DNA of 64,000 bases from positions 7,564,001-7,628,000 of the forward strand of contig OZ176051.1 of NCBI GenBank assembly GCA_964247055.1, in the 5' to 3' direction. The DNA comes from Paragordius varius (Eukaryota; Animalia; Nematomorpha). Position numbers and translations under genes: made by a program. Below are positions 39,001 to 52,297 of this stretch, one piece after another; within the stretch, counting starts at the first letter, position 1, and the number at the start of each line of letters is the position of its first letter. The notes beneath the pieces are model-generated. The model was not told where the DNA came from, did not search any database, and saw nothing but the letters and a program-made list of their open reading frames with translations.

Positions 39001-42000
39001 GTAATTATTAGCGGAGGTGGTGATAGTTTAAGTTTAAGAGCCTTGGCTAGATCAGAAGCAGCCTTTCGCCGTGTACCACTATCTAAAAAAATTAATTTTT
39101 TATTTTAGTCGATTTGTTTTGGAAAAACATAAAAAAATTGTCAATTAAATTTATTAAATTTATCTAAATATTATTTTGCTTTTTTCATATATATTTAAAA
39201 AATTGATCGCCAATAGAGTTTTAATAAGGAAAACTCTATAATATCGAGCCGTGTGCTAATATCTAAAAAATTGTTAATTTTAGCTTTTGTTTTAAAATTC
39301 GTAAATTTATTAAATTTATCTAAATATTATTTTGCTTTGTTTAATGTTTCTTATATATTTTTTTAAAATTCATCGCTAATCACATTATAATAAAAGATCA
39401 TATGGAAAATTGGATTAACCGCGAACCAACACCTAAAATTAAATTTTGATCTTATTAAAATGTTTAATAAAATAAAAAAATGCAAATTTATTTTAATTTA
39501 TCCGAATATTTTAATTTTCATATATCATATATACATTTATTTAAAATTTATCGCCATTAGAGTTATAAATATACAAAAATTTGGATTAAATAAAAGATAA
39601 ACATGTTAATCATATATTATAGAATTTAAAAATTAATTTTTAAACCTGATGATTCCAAATCAAAACGCACGTATTCAAAGGGATTATCTTCAAAATTTTC
39701 AACATCGCTTTCCCGCAAATGCATGTTTGGTATAATGAGTTTTGAGCAAATATCCTGGCACAGTAAAGATTTCCAATCTAAAATACGTAAGTAGTAACAT
39801 ATTTAAGTTTATAATAATATTTTTGAACGGGTTAAAATTTTTAAAGTAAGCAATACCGTATAAATATACAGTGGTATTAAGGTTAAAATAAAATAATTTA
39901 TATCATATATATACAAATTTATCAACCGAATAATTGTTTAGATGATATAAATTTTTAATTAATTATGTTTAAAAGCGATCCCGTCACGGTAAATGTATAA
40001 ATGTAATGCATTTATTACGTGTCAGACACAAGACTTTATAAATTAAATTTTTTAAAAATCATGTTTTCAATGAAAATGGAAAATAAAATTTGTTTAGTGC
40101 GGAGGTGTCCAACACAAATGGCTTTGCGGGCCGCATTCGGAAATTATATGGGCATTCGTAACTGTTTTATTAGATTTTAAGTATAAAATTGCAAAAACAC
40201 ATTTTTATTAGCTAGTTTACAACCTAAATTCGGAGAGATTTATTTAGAAAATTGGTTTAAAATAATAAATGTTACTTAAAATAATTTTGCATTTGAAATT
40301 TCTCGCGGGCCGTAGAAAGCCGCGGGCTGCGTATTAAACACCCCTAGTAAATATTCGTCAAATATAAAATTAAGCCTAAAAAAGCATTAATACTAAACTA
40401 AACAATAAATTTGGGATATGTGTAACCCTTTATTTGCTATGCTGATCTTTACAAAACATTCTAAACAGAGTGTGTCCAACACAAATGGCTTCGCAGGCCG
40501 TATTTTTGACTTAAGAAAGACGGCAGGCCGCATTCAAAGAATATATAGGCATTCATAAAAATTTTATTAGATTTCCCAACGTGGTGTTGGAAAAATGCGA
40601 TGACAATATAAATATTTAGACCAATTTTGAGAGTTAGATGCCGAAATTTATTATTTTTATAGAAAATTGAAATATTTTAAGAAAGGATTTCGGAAATATT
40701 TGTGCAGGTTAGGAATTATAATATTTAATATTTTTAATTTTTTCGCAGGCCCAACATACTATCTCAAAGGGCTGCAAAACTATTGATTTCTTAATAATCA
40801 ATATAAAATAAAGATACCATCATTTGAAAGGGAAGTGGGTATAATTATTGATAGAGGAGGTAGAAATTGACTAAGGTCTTCACTTTTTTGTATGGCTATT
40901 GCAAGATACTCCATACAAGATATTATAAGCTATATAACAATATAAAATGAAATGTATATAAATGGATATTTACGTGCTAATTTATAAAAATTCAATTATT
41001 TGGTATAAAGTTTGAAAAAGAATTATAGTAACGACGCCCCCTTATAATAAGCATTTTTGACATAAAATAAGCAATCATCTTATGGTGATTTTCACGCACT
41101 TTTCCAATTTTGAAATAGGTTTCTATTTTTATAATAGTTCAAAGCTGGTCATATTTTTTAGCTAATTTATAAATATAGCTATCAAAATAAACCAAAAAAA
41201 CATTCAAAAAGATAAAAGTACATTAATGTTTTTTGATTTTTTAAAAGTATATCGGTAGAATAATATTACTTATTGCAGTTTGAATTTTAACGGTTGCCTA
41301 TTTCAAGCTATAATTGCAACATAGAAGTTATGGAAAAAAGAAAGAAAAATATTGTTTATTTAACATTTTGTAGTTTTCTCCATACACTATTGTTTTACGA
41401 AATTCCCAACTATAGTGTGAAATAAGCAACCATTAATATGCATACTCTAATAATTAAGCAGTTATAAAGTCATGTAAAGGAGGTCAACCCTACTTTCGGA
41501 TTAAATAAAAAAAATACCAAATCGTATTTAGGTTTGTCGGACAGATTGATTGCAATGTTCCAAACGCTTGAAAAAAATGGTAACATATAACTCCGAAATT
41601 CCTCATCATACTTTTGGGCATAAAGGCTTAGGATATCACAAATTTTACTCTTTAAAACATCAATGATATCTGGATTATCTTCAGACTGTAACAAAAAATA
41701 AATGAAACAATTATTATTATATTACCATTTAAACCTATATATATTATATTTGAAAAAGCTTAAACTATATACAAGATATTTGATACATGGTAGTATATTT
41801 TTCAACAAATGAAATATAAAAGGTATGCATACTCAATTGATGTGTGAAAATATTTTGAATGCTAATTAACAAGGACATATCTAATCTGCAACTAACTGCA
41901 AAGAATGTCAAATATCATATCATTTCAAGTTTTATCAGTTTTTATTAGGTTATATTTTAGATTATGTGTATAAAACCTTTTGATAAACTACTGTTTCCCT

Positions 42001-43907
42001 ATTCATATTTGAAGAAATTTATAACCACAAATATATTTTAAAAAGATAAAATAAAATAATTTCTACTTCTAAAGGTGTAATAGCAGGTGACATAATTAGC
42101 AGTTTGATAAAACCTTCCATCCAAATCTTCATATTGTCCTCAAAATATTCTGGCAAATCCTAAACATAAAAAAATATTAAATAAGTATTTCGAAAAAATT
42201 AAGAGAAAATTAATTAAAATCACTTGGTAATTGAGACTATAAAAAATTTCGCAAATATATGTAAGGGAATTGACAATTATATTTAAGGCTTTGGGTTCTG
42301 ACGCATATTGTTCAAGTAATCGGATAGATCCCTTTATCAATAAAATAAAAAAATATTATAATTAGATTGCAAATAAATTACAAAATTATGTTTAACGCTG
42401 AACTCAACATTTGAATACAAGTATCTTAATCCTAAAACACATCATTTTCTTATATGGTTCAATCTGAAAGCATTCTTTAAACCAGGGTCATCAAAAACGC
42501 GGCCTCTTGACCGTAAGCGGCCATTTGAAATATTTATGTAGCTTACAATTTCGAAAACAAAAATTTTACAAAATCTAAGAAAAATTGATATTCTTAAACA
42601 AATTTTCTGTATATGTCTTAAATTTTAAAAAAGTAGTTTTTACAGTCTAAAATAATTGTTAGTGCCCAAATATTTTGGGAACGGCCCACCGGAATTTATA
42701 ATCCAAAAATGCGACCCACGAAGCCATTTGGGACACCCCTGATTTAAATATTTCAAAGAATTAGCAAAGATTAAAAATTAAATTATGCTTTAGCCATTGT
42801 ATTCTTAAAGTTTTAAGTTCGTCTTAGAATATAAAAACACAATACATTACCAAAAAAATAAAAAATGTTGCGAAATACTTTATTAAATTATTTTAAAAAA
42901 TGGTGATTAATAATAGTCAAAGAATATTTTATTAACATATAATAAAATGTATACATGAAGTTATATATTTCAATATTATTATGTTGTAAAAATTATCGTA
43001 AATTTAATTAATAAATACCTGAAATAATTCCGTCAATGGTTGGGCAAAATTAATAAGCACCAATTTGATTTCACTCCACAACCGATCTGATTTAAATTCG
43101 TGCTGATATCTAAAATAAAAGAAAGACATTAATTTGTAAATAAACGGAAACAAATTTTTATATGCCAAAACATGTTCTAAAAATCGCATATATAAGAATA
43201 TTATCTCAAATAAGAAATTTATTAAAAAAGATTCAGATTAAAATTGTAAATATCATGCAGATCTATGATTATATACTTAGGATCATAAGATTCCAATAAC
43301 TCATACTTATATTAAACTTTGATTGTGTAAATACAAAATAACCTTAAAAAAATGGAATTAGCCGTCTGTAGGACGCCATTTATCATTCTAAAGTCTCCAG
43401 ATTTGAATTTTTCCACCATGTCCGATAATAGATCTGGCCATTTATCTGGAAAATCTTCTTTACCAATGATACTAATTACTTCACCCAACTAAAAATATTT
43501 ATCTTAAAATGTAAAAAAACTTGTTTTTGGATGTTTTCAGGCATGTTTGTCATAACATCTACAATTTGACCCTTCAAATGTTTCCTATCATCTTCAGAAA
43601 TAATGGATGGCATGTCACCTTCTTCAATCTAATATATGTTAATTAAAATAAACCTTCCAATTATTTTTAACATAATTTTTTAAGATAATGGATGAACTAA
43701 GCCGAACATTAGGATCTGCATCTGCCTTTGATATCAAAGCCAAAAGTAAAATTGAAAATCCTGGATTTTTTTCAGCACCTTCGATATATGATTCAGCTAG
43801 CAGATATAGATATATTAAATACCATTTTTACGTCTGGCAGCATCAGAATGAAATGTTTCTTTAATATTAAAATCAAGAGCATCTAAATTTTGAATGTTGA
43901 TTGCCAT
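33019..43907 (-). CDS. CSE1L: Exportin-2 / CSE1L (CAS), importin-alpha re-exporter
   Basis: About 20 exons. Motifs RRKNAESYIE, ILKNYVKNNWK, IGKEDFPDKWPDLL, RYQHEFKSDRLWSEIKLVL, DLPEYFEDNM, LYAQKYDEEF, FEDNPFEYVRFDLE...TRRKAASDL, IKADALKF, EFVPYVFQ, LWDKPGNIPALVRLL, KANDH and EYRAAFSKL follow the CSE1L order. The C-terminal end (stop at 33019 or a further exon) is unresolved. Confidence 0.95.
40100..40346. mobile_element. hAT-type MITE family B (CAGGGGTGTCCAA-like TIR)
   Basis: CGGAGGTGTCCAACAC...GCGGGCCGC at the left end and TTAAACACCCCTA at the right end. Lies in a CSE1L intron. Confidence 0.7.
40466..40780. mobile_element. hAT-type MITE family B, adjacent degenerate copy
   Basis: CAGAGTGTGTCCAACACAAATGGCTTCGCAGGCCG is nearly identical to the left end of the 40100 copy. 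The right end is eroded. Confidence 0.55.
42483..42741. mobile_element. hAT-type MITE family B
   Basis: CAGGGTCATCAAA...TTTGGGACACCCCTG. The flanks CTTTAAAC / ATTTAAAT match at 6 of 8 positions, consistent with a decayed 8-bp hAT TSD. Confidence 0.7.
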
Positions 43908-44166
43908 TTCACTTTGTGTGTGTGCGGTTATTTTAGCATGCCTTTATCATCTGACAAATGCGATGATACATATTACTGCTAGAAAAACAACGTCCTTTTT
44001 TTCCTGGATTTACCTCCAATACCTATTGATTACATCGCTTTATCTACTAAATAAACGTGAACGTACTGCCTTCAATTTTATATTTATAATTTTTTTTGTT
44101 ATGAGCCTTTATACATCTTATTTTTACGTTTCGAATTTTATATCTGCTCTCACTAGTTAATAATCA
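43908..44166. promoter_or_regulatory. Putative bidirectional promoter between CSE1L and a small ORF (259 bp)
   Basis: Divergent ATGs at 43907 (-) and 44167 (+). Confidence 0.4.
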
Positions 44167-44373
44167 ATGTCCAAACAAATTAACTGGCCGCCTAAACTAA
44201 GTCCAGACGAGATTTTGGAAGACATTGAATATGTAAAGAAAAATAAAATTAATTTAAATGAAATTTTGGATATCATTCCCGATAAACCCATTCCCGCCAA
44301 TGATATTGAAGATAAACTAGTGGAACTTTATGAAATAAATGAAAATCTAAAAAATTTTTTAGAACATAGTTAA
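44167..44373 (+). CDS. Small 68-aa protein, possibly UPF0449 / C19orf25-like
   Basis: ATG-initiated single-exon ORF. WPPKLSPDEILEDI recalls the C19orf25 motif P.PPTVEQILEDV, and a predicted helical C-terminus follows. The similarity is from memory only. Confidence 0.45.
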   Translation: MSKQINWPPKLSPDEILEDIEYVKKNKINLNEILDIIPDKPIPANDIEDKLVELYEINENLKNFLEHS

Positions 44374-46105
44374 TTATTCATTATCTATATATATAATAAA
44401 TTTTTTATGTCCTATTTAATTTTTATATATTTGATAAATCATTCTATATCTTTATTTGTTTTAATAATTGTCATTTTGTGTGTTTTACCTAAGGGTATAG
44501 TAGTGAGCAGTGCTTACAAAATTAACCTTTGAATACTTATTTATTTAATTAAATTATGCTTTATATAAAGGTAATTTCCGAAGATACTAATATTCGCATA
44601 AGGCTTTTCGGTTAAGGGTGTGTATTGTGGCGGGCTGGGTTAGATGATTGCATTGTCAAAAATCATAAAACTATTTCTATATAACATCAAAATTAACACA
44701 TTATTCAGCGTAAAAATATTTAAACAGATTTAATAATTAAGATATTTTCTATAATTAAAAAAATTATCAAATATCACAATTTGAAATATATGCTCAAAAT
44801 ATGGTAAGCATATATATTTATGAATTCAAAAATTCCTGCTTGACCAATTAATTACACATATTTTAAAAATATTTAACAAAATTTTTATATTCTAAACAAC
44901 TTATAAGGAATATATCTAAAACCACAAATGATAATAATAACACTAACATGATTTTTCTGCCACTCTTTTTTGCATTTTCTCATATTTTCATCATTTCAAC
45001 GGTATATATGAATTAAAAATTATGATTCTACCTATTTTTTGTAATTAGATTTTCAATTATGCTCCCTCTTAATCAAAGTTTTACTAAAAATATTTTTCTT
45101 TAAAAAATACCAAATGCTCGTTTGTAAAATATTATTCGAAAGAGTTATAAAAGCTCTATAAAATTCACATTGATATTTCCATCAATAGTTAATATTGGAG
45201 ATAGAAAGCGACAAACCCGCGAAGCGAGAGCGTTTTCGTATAATATATTTTTAAAACTAACGGATATAAATAGCTTAAACATAGTATATATGGCAATGAA
45301 TGTCTAAAAAAGATATAAAAAAGTTTTTTGTGTAAAGACTTATTAATTGTCTTTATGTCCTTCAAAACAGCAATTTTATAATTTTTTTATCTTAAAAATT
45401 ACCATCTCATCAATATTAATTATCTTGGGAAGGCTAATAATATTAAAATTCCAAAGACTAGAAATAAAATTTAAGTCGTTGATCTATTATAAATATAATT
45501 AAAATTTATTAAAATTTACACTTATAACTATGCATTTTAGTATTCCGTAGGTACAATAATTTTAACACTAATTTAAAAAAGCATACTAATGTAACTCTGA
45601 TAATTATATAAAAAAATATATGATTTTTATATTAATACGCCTGTGAGATTGGACTTTTGTATGGCTTAAAAATTTTGACCATAAATAGCCATATAACTTT
45701 TACATCAGATTAATATAAATGACTAATTATCCTTTGAAACAGACTTTTGCGCTCTTAATGATATAAAATACATGGCTATATATCTAAAATTTTAGTTTTG
45801 AACATTTCGAGTTTAATTGTCAGTTGGAGCCAAAAAAAATTATAAACCCTAATAAAAAAGCTTAGGTAGCACACCAATTTCTTTCAGATATACAATTTAT
45901 GTACTTTAAAAATAATTTTTAACTTTACAAAAATGGCACTCAAAAAAGTCAAATTTGTTGTCGAGTGTAATTAATTTTCCCTTGGCCTATTAAATTTAAA
46001 TTTTCTCGTTTTTTAGGCTTACCATTTTAAGATACATTTATTATTCTATATATGATCGAAAACTAAAACGTCGGAAATTCTGTTTATTATTGTTTCCGTA
46101 TAAAA

Positions 46106-46496
46106 CAAAGGTGTCCAACACGCCGCCTGTAAGAAAATTTTTTTTAAATTTAAGAAATTTGTAAAATTATAATATATATGATTTACTTTAAATTATTATT
46201 TTTTTAGGAATAATTTTCAGAATTGTATCAATTTTGTTTAACATCATTGATTGTTTGATAAAAGGTTTTTTTAGGCCCTTAAAATTTATATACCACATAT
46301 TACCCTTAAGTTTTATATCCAATAGCCAATGAAATAAACAATCTAAATAATTATTATACATATCGTTAATCACAGTTCCATAATTAAAATATAATATATT
46401 TACTGATGTTTATTTATTATATATTTTTCATAGCGGCACGCCGAATCGTTTGAGCTGAAAATGCGGCCCACGAAGCATTTACGTTGGACACTCCTG
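46106..46496. mobile_element. hAT-type MITE family B
   Basis: CAAAGGTGTCCAACAC...AATGCGGCCCACGAAGC...TTGGACACTCCTG; the right end is shared with the 42741 copy. Confidence 0.7.
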
Positions 46497-47687
46497 GTGT
46501 GAATCTAAAATTATTTTTCCAGTCTATTTAAGGATATTTATTTACTTATTATTTCGAAAAGCCGATTTTTCCCTAAGTTATTTAAGGTTAATAAAGTTTT
46601 TATTTTTTATTTTTCTTTTACTCTTAGCTTTATTGTGCCCTTACACTGATTTGGAATAGCGTTTTAGATATGTTCTAAAAGGTTATGCACAATATGTGGA
46701 TAAAAGGGCTCTCAGACTATGTCACTAAAAAAGTTTTGAATAAAAACATATGCTTCCTAACTTTATGTTTTGTAAACCGTTTGGTAGATGGAAAAATAAA
46801 ATATAAATTATTAAGAAACTAAAATATGTAAAAATAAAATTTTTAAGCTTAAAAAAATATAATTTGGATTAATTTAATAAATCATATATATCGAACGGGT
46901 AAGTCATATATTTTCATTCATCATAAACACAGTATATTCATGTTACAAAATTTTACGAGGTTTGTTTTCTCAAAAAATGATTTTTACTTACGCTTTATCA
47001 AAGCGTATTTAAAAAAAATCATATATTATTTCGGTTTTTTAAAATCGATTTTAAAAGCTACCTTATTCGTAAAAAAATGTTAAGAAATATATTTAAAAAA
47101 CTATTTTCTTAAACTCAGTTTTTTGGTAGATGCAACGTAACCCTCTTTTAAAACAACTCGAAATACTAATAAAAAACATTTTTAAACCAAAATTTGGAAG
47201 ATTAATATATATATTTGATTCCGCAATACAATAAAACAATAGACGAAATTGGAATTTTTTATAAAAAATTAGAGTTTTGGGGAGAAGGATCATTATCATA
47301 GATAAGGAAAAGGGATAATTTTACTCTAAAATAATTCATACTTAAAAATTAAATATATATTTGCTTAATTTATGTCACATATTTCCAACATGGAGAGTTT
47401 TTAAAAGGTTAGATAAACGGCTAATGGAGACTTTCTACCACAATTGGTTAAAATTTGTATTTTATATTTATTTGAGGTTTGGGGCCTCTTTTCCAAGATA
47501 TAATTCATGTAAAACACTGTTTTAGTTTTTATATTTTAACGGGTAAAATTGAACCTAAAGTATAGGTTTAAGGTCTATTCCGAAAGTAAGATTATAACAA
47601 AATCATTAGAATAGCGTTGCAAAAATAATGATGAATTTAAATTAATGAAATTCTAAACTAAAAAAATTTTTTAAATAAAAATTGATA

Positions 47688-49108
47688 TCTAACAGCAATT
47701 CATAATATATTTAAAAAAAAGGAAAATGCTGGCTTTGTGATCTGTTTCCCGAAAACCGATGGACCCATTTGAATCCAAACATCGAAAAAATATAATCATT
47801 AATGAATGCCCCGACAATATCTTCGCCCTTTTTTGAATTAGGCCCCCAGTTCGTACCCACCCCATGTGAAAAACGGGTTTTTTAAAAAACAATGTCCACA
47901 AAAATGGTTCCTTTGAGACAATTATCCGGAGAAAGTGTTCACCATTCAATTTTTTATTTTCGATTGCGCCGAACATAGTCGTCTCGCTTTTTTCATTTAG
48001 GCCCTCTTTTTACCCGCTCCCCCTAAGTCCACAAAAATAATTTTTTGAATCCATTTTTTGCCCAAAGTATGAGACCGTAAAAATTCAATAAGAATTCCAG
48101 GTGTTCCCTGTTAAAAGGCAAAAATTAAGTCAAGCGTTTCTTTGATGATAGCTGCTGGTTAAGGAGATACCCGCTAAAAATTGACCCGTCATGTCGAAAT
48201 GGCGTGCCTTTGGGCTAAGTCCCAGAAAACATATCATGTCATATGAGTTAATTAACTGCTCAAAGAATTACCCGTAAGGCATATATTCAGATCGTGCGGT
48301 TTTTTAAAATTAGCTATTAATTAGGCCCTTAACGCCCTGAAAAATGCGCCACCATAGAATGATTTTTTGATTTTGAAGCAATTTTTTCAAAAACTAATAA
48401 GAGCATATTAAGGCAAAAAAATTAATCAAGCGCTTATTTGTATCTGCCTCTAAGTAAGGAGCTACTCGCCAAAAAATGCGCCACTATATAGGAAATATGT
48501 TGTTTTGGAACTATTTTAAATAAAACTTATGCCATATGAGATCATATAAAGTTCGAAGTATTGTCCGTAACTAGGTAAAAATCAAGGTCAGTCCTTTTTT
48601 TATTAGCCGTTAATTTGGGGCCTTTATGCCCTAAAAATACGCCATCATATAACTAATATTTAGTTGAGGTATTTTTTCGAATAACCCATAAGACGATGGT
48701 CTCAAAGATGATTCCAAATATTTTCCCTATAAAGGCAAAAAATTTAACTTAGCGCTTTTCCATATAGGCATATGGGTAGAGGTCTACCGGTTTAAAAGTG
48801 TTTCAAAAAACTTAAGAAGCCATACGAGTTCAATATTTCAAATTATACCCATAAAAGGGTAAAAATTAAAGTATAGTGGTTTTTTCCGTTAGCCGTCAAT
48901 TTGGGGCCTTTACACGAGTAAACAATATATTAGTATGAATGCACCGTTTAGCAAATCCTATGAGATGATAGCTATTAAATAATGTTTCGAAATAATCCAC
49001 ATATATGGATCATTTTATTGATCCCTTTTTTTAAACCCCCCCCCCCCCCCCCCCCTAGAAGTTCGAAGGACTTCCTCGAGTTGCGTAGCAGTCCGAGATT
49101 TACGCTAG
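47688..49108 (+). mobile_element. Non-autonomous Helitron, copy 1 (~1.4 kb) with about three degenerate ~300-bp internal repeats and a poly-C tract
   Basis: The 3' end has an imperfect hairpin CTCGAGTTGC-GTA-GCAGTCCGAG, then ATTTACG-CTAG|T. A candidate A|TC 5' end lies at 47687/47688. Long homology with 56455-57284. Confidence 0.8.
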
Positions 49109-49839
49109 TATATATATATTTATATATTTATTAAAACTTCCAGCTATCATCTAAAACTGGGAAATCTTTGTTAATTAAATAAAAACATGATCTTTTATTA
49201 TAGGATATTGGGAAATATTGTAATATTGGATTTAAATAAAATAGGTTTAATTAAATGTACCAATTTCTGCCAAAAAAAGTATGGTGGAATATTTCTAAAA
49301 TCTGTTGCAACAATGTATAAAATAATCCTAATTCTTCCATAAATTATTGATTTTGTTAACTACTATTCCTTCCTCCATATGGTATATTATTCGTTTACAT
49401 ACAAGTAAATAAAATAACATTAAATATATATAAATCCTTCTTTTGAACCCGTAATATTAAATATTTTGCCATCATTCGAATGTATCCTGTACATAATAAA
49501 AACGGAGTTTAATTGGTTTTTTGTCAGAATACCATAAATCAATATTGCAATAATAAATGTATGTATCTCATTTTCATAAAATATAAGTTATTGTAATTAT
49601 AGTTAATAACACGAATTTTAAGTATTTTTTATGTTTACACTAATATATAATTGGGATTATATAAAAAAACACAGATCCTTTTTTAATGTCATAGCCTACA
49701 TCATATCATTTTATTTTTACTTATGTATTGATCCAAATCGTAATTGCACTATAGTATTTTTCTAATGAACTTTTTGGTTTATATATTTATCTAAACTACG
49801 AGAAAGTATTTGTTTTAACTCATTCCTTTGCTGTTGCTA

Positions 49840-51195
49840 ATGGATAAGGGGTTGCGTTTGACCCTGCTTGTCTCTCTACGTGAAGTCAATAAAACGAAAC
49901 AAACAAGTTCCATAGTACCGAACAAAAAAACTTCCATATCTTCGAATTCCAATGTTACAAATTCATCTCATGACAATGCTCGCTTTTTAGATAATTCTAG
50001 TGCAAAATCTCAATCGAATGACAAAAGTCACATGGCATACCTGACTGATAAATTAAATCGCGAAGAGGTGTATGATAAACATCACACAGGCCTTGGTCAT
50101 CTTGCTGATGTTAAATTAGCTCAAGCCCAGGCACAACAAAGGAATGAAATAATTAAATTTGTGACAAATGATTCCATCAAAAACAATACGGTTAATGCTC
50201 CTTTCCAAGAACTCTTACCCGTCTTTTTTAAACATGATGGAAGTAGATTCTGCAATTCAGCTACCATCAAAATTAGGGCCAATAGTTTGTATGAAATGTT
50301 CTTTTTCCTAAAATCGGACCAATTCAAAATTAAGTAGGATTCTATTATTTATTTTTCTATTAATATTATAATGATTGTTAAGTCGGTGAGCTATGATTAA
50401 CTTTCAGGTGTCGTCTCATTAATTCATAAGTTGTGCGCTTCTCTTTAATATTTTCCGTTTTTTATAAATTTTAGGACTTTTCTTTATGGATTCAAAATAT
50501 TTTTCGGACTTATGTAAAGTTGACCATTTTAATATTCTACCTACCATCGCAAATTTCTAATAAATAATTAAAAATTGTTGATCAAGATATATTTTGTAGG
50601 TTATCAAATCGTCCGCTAATAAATAACATGCTTATATTTTTGCTTTCAAAGTTTAATAAACAACAATATCATTCATTTAACTTGAAAATTATAGTTAAGT
50701 TTTTTTAAAGGATATTTAAAAAATTACATGTATTTATTCATTTCCTATTCATTTAGGAGCATAAAACTTGACATGGTGTGTGCAATGTTTTATCAAGCCG
50801 ATCCATATAAAAGATCCAATTTACAGTTTATGGGCATTAATGAAAAGCTCAGTGAAAGTTTTCCAGTTTATTGGTGCAGTTTGAACACGGAAGGATTTGA
50901 AGCCACCAAAAGTGGTGGACGTATGGTTTATCCCGTAGAAATTGAGGTGCGCTTTAAATTTTAAATTTTTTTAAAACTTATCTATAACTTTGTTGATATT
51001 GATTTTTTGTTAATTTGTTAATAATTTAAGATTGAAGACATGGGGATTCTGTCTATCAATATGCAGTTTAAAATATACCAAGAACAAAGTAAACAGCATT
51101 TGAATTGGGGAGATGTTTTACATTACATTGATTATACCTGTCGATATGATTCTAGTCAAAGATCATTTGTGGTTATTTCGGAAAATATCCATTAA
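49840..51195 (+). CDS. Hypothetical three-exon protein (~290 aa) with an Asn/Ser-rich N-terminal half
   Basis: Exons 49840-50333, 50757-50946 and 51031-51195 join in phase across GT-AG introns and end at TAA. No family recognised with confidence; the start is inferred. Confidence 0.65.
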
Positions 51196-52297
51196 AATGT
51201 GAATTAACAACCTATTTCAAATTTAAAATTTTTTTGTACTTATGAAAATATTCATTTAATGAGGATCTCTTATAAATATTGTGATTTTTTTGATTTAAAT
51301 AAATTATTAAGTTTTATATTAAAAATTCATATTCGTCATGTAATGTCCGACGCTGCAAGATTGGGTCTCTAACATAAAAAATTCATTTTAAAATCATAAA
51401 AAACTACAGATTTTGTGCCTCGCTAAACAATTTATATGGTAAAATTTAGAATTTATTACACGACATCGATATTTTAAGAAAGCCTTAGCACAAACTATCT
51501 TATTTATAGGATTATTTAATTATTATATTGTGGATATTTCACAATTGCTATAGGATTTATTGTAGAGAACAGCTTTTTATTATTGATTAAATGATTTAGT
51601 ATTAAACAACATTTTAGAGAATTTAGGTGCATTCGCCGTCATAAATAACCTTTGTTAGGCTCTACACAAACACGAATGAAATATGATTGACCATTAAATA
51701 TTATTAATAGGTTAACGGATTGTACATTTTTATAAAATGATTATCATTTTTTGAGAATAATTAGATTCGGGAAATATTTGGCATTCTAAAAAAACAATTT
51801 CAAATGTTTTAATTATTTTGTGTCAGGCGATTGAAAAAAATGTATTTTGCGGGAATGCGGCTAAAGGATTAATTCAAACAAAGTTTAAAATGAGTCGTCA
51901 TAATTATTTAGATAGGTATAAAGCAAAAATCACATTAATAGGCATATCATTTATATGGAATTAAAAATTAGTTCAATACTTATTATACTGCCATATCTCA
52001 TAATACTTGCGGGTAAAATTAAATCTATACCAAAAAATTTTCGAATAAATAGGGGCTCTAAATTTTAGCCAAGAAGTTTATTCATTATATAAAATAATTG
52101 CTATAATTTGACTGGTAGAAATCTCAAATAAAATGCTTTATTCACAGTAATTTCATTAAATAATGTAAATAATTAAATAAATAAATTTATTAACTACTAT
52201 AGTACACTTATTTAACATTTTGAGAATATATGGCTTTTTGGAAAAACCCTGAGCTAATATAATGGACTATGATGTGTATAATTATATAAATTATAAA

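Noticed and set aside
33167-39108. Plus-strand ORFs at 33167-33430, 35382-35652 and 38866-39108, and similar ORFs at 53135-54149
   Set aside because: They are antisense shadows of real minus-strand exons (CSE1L and the 561-aa ORF).
47689-47976. 95-aa ORF with a homologous region at ~56460-56730
   Set aside because: It lies within the Helitron body, shows no Rep/helicase motifs, and the second copy does not yield a matching ORF in the track.
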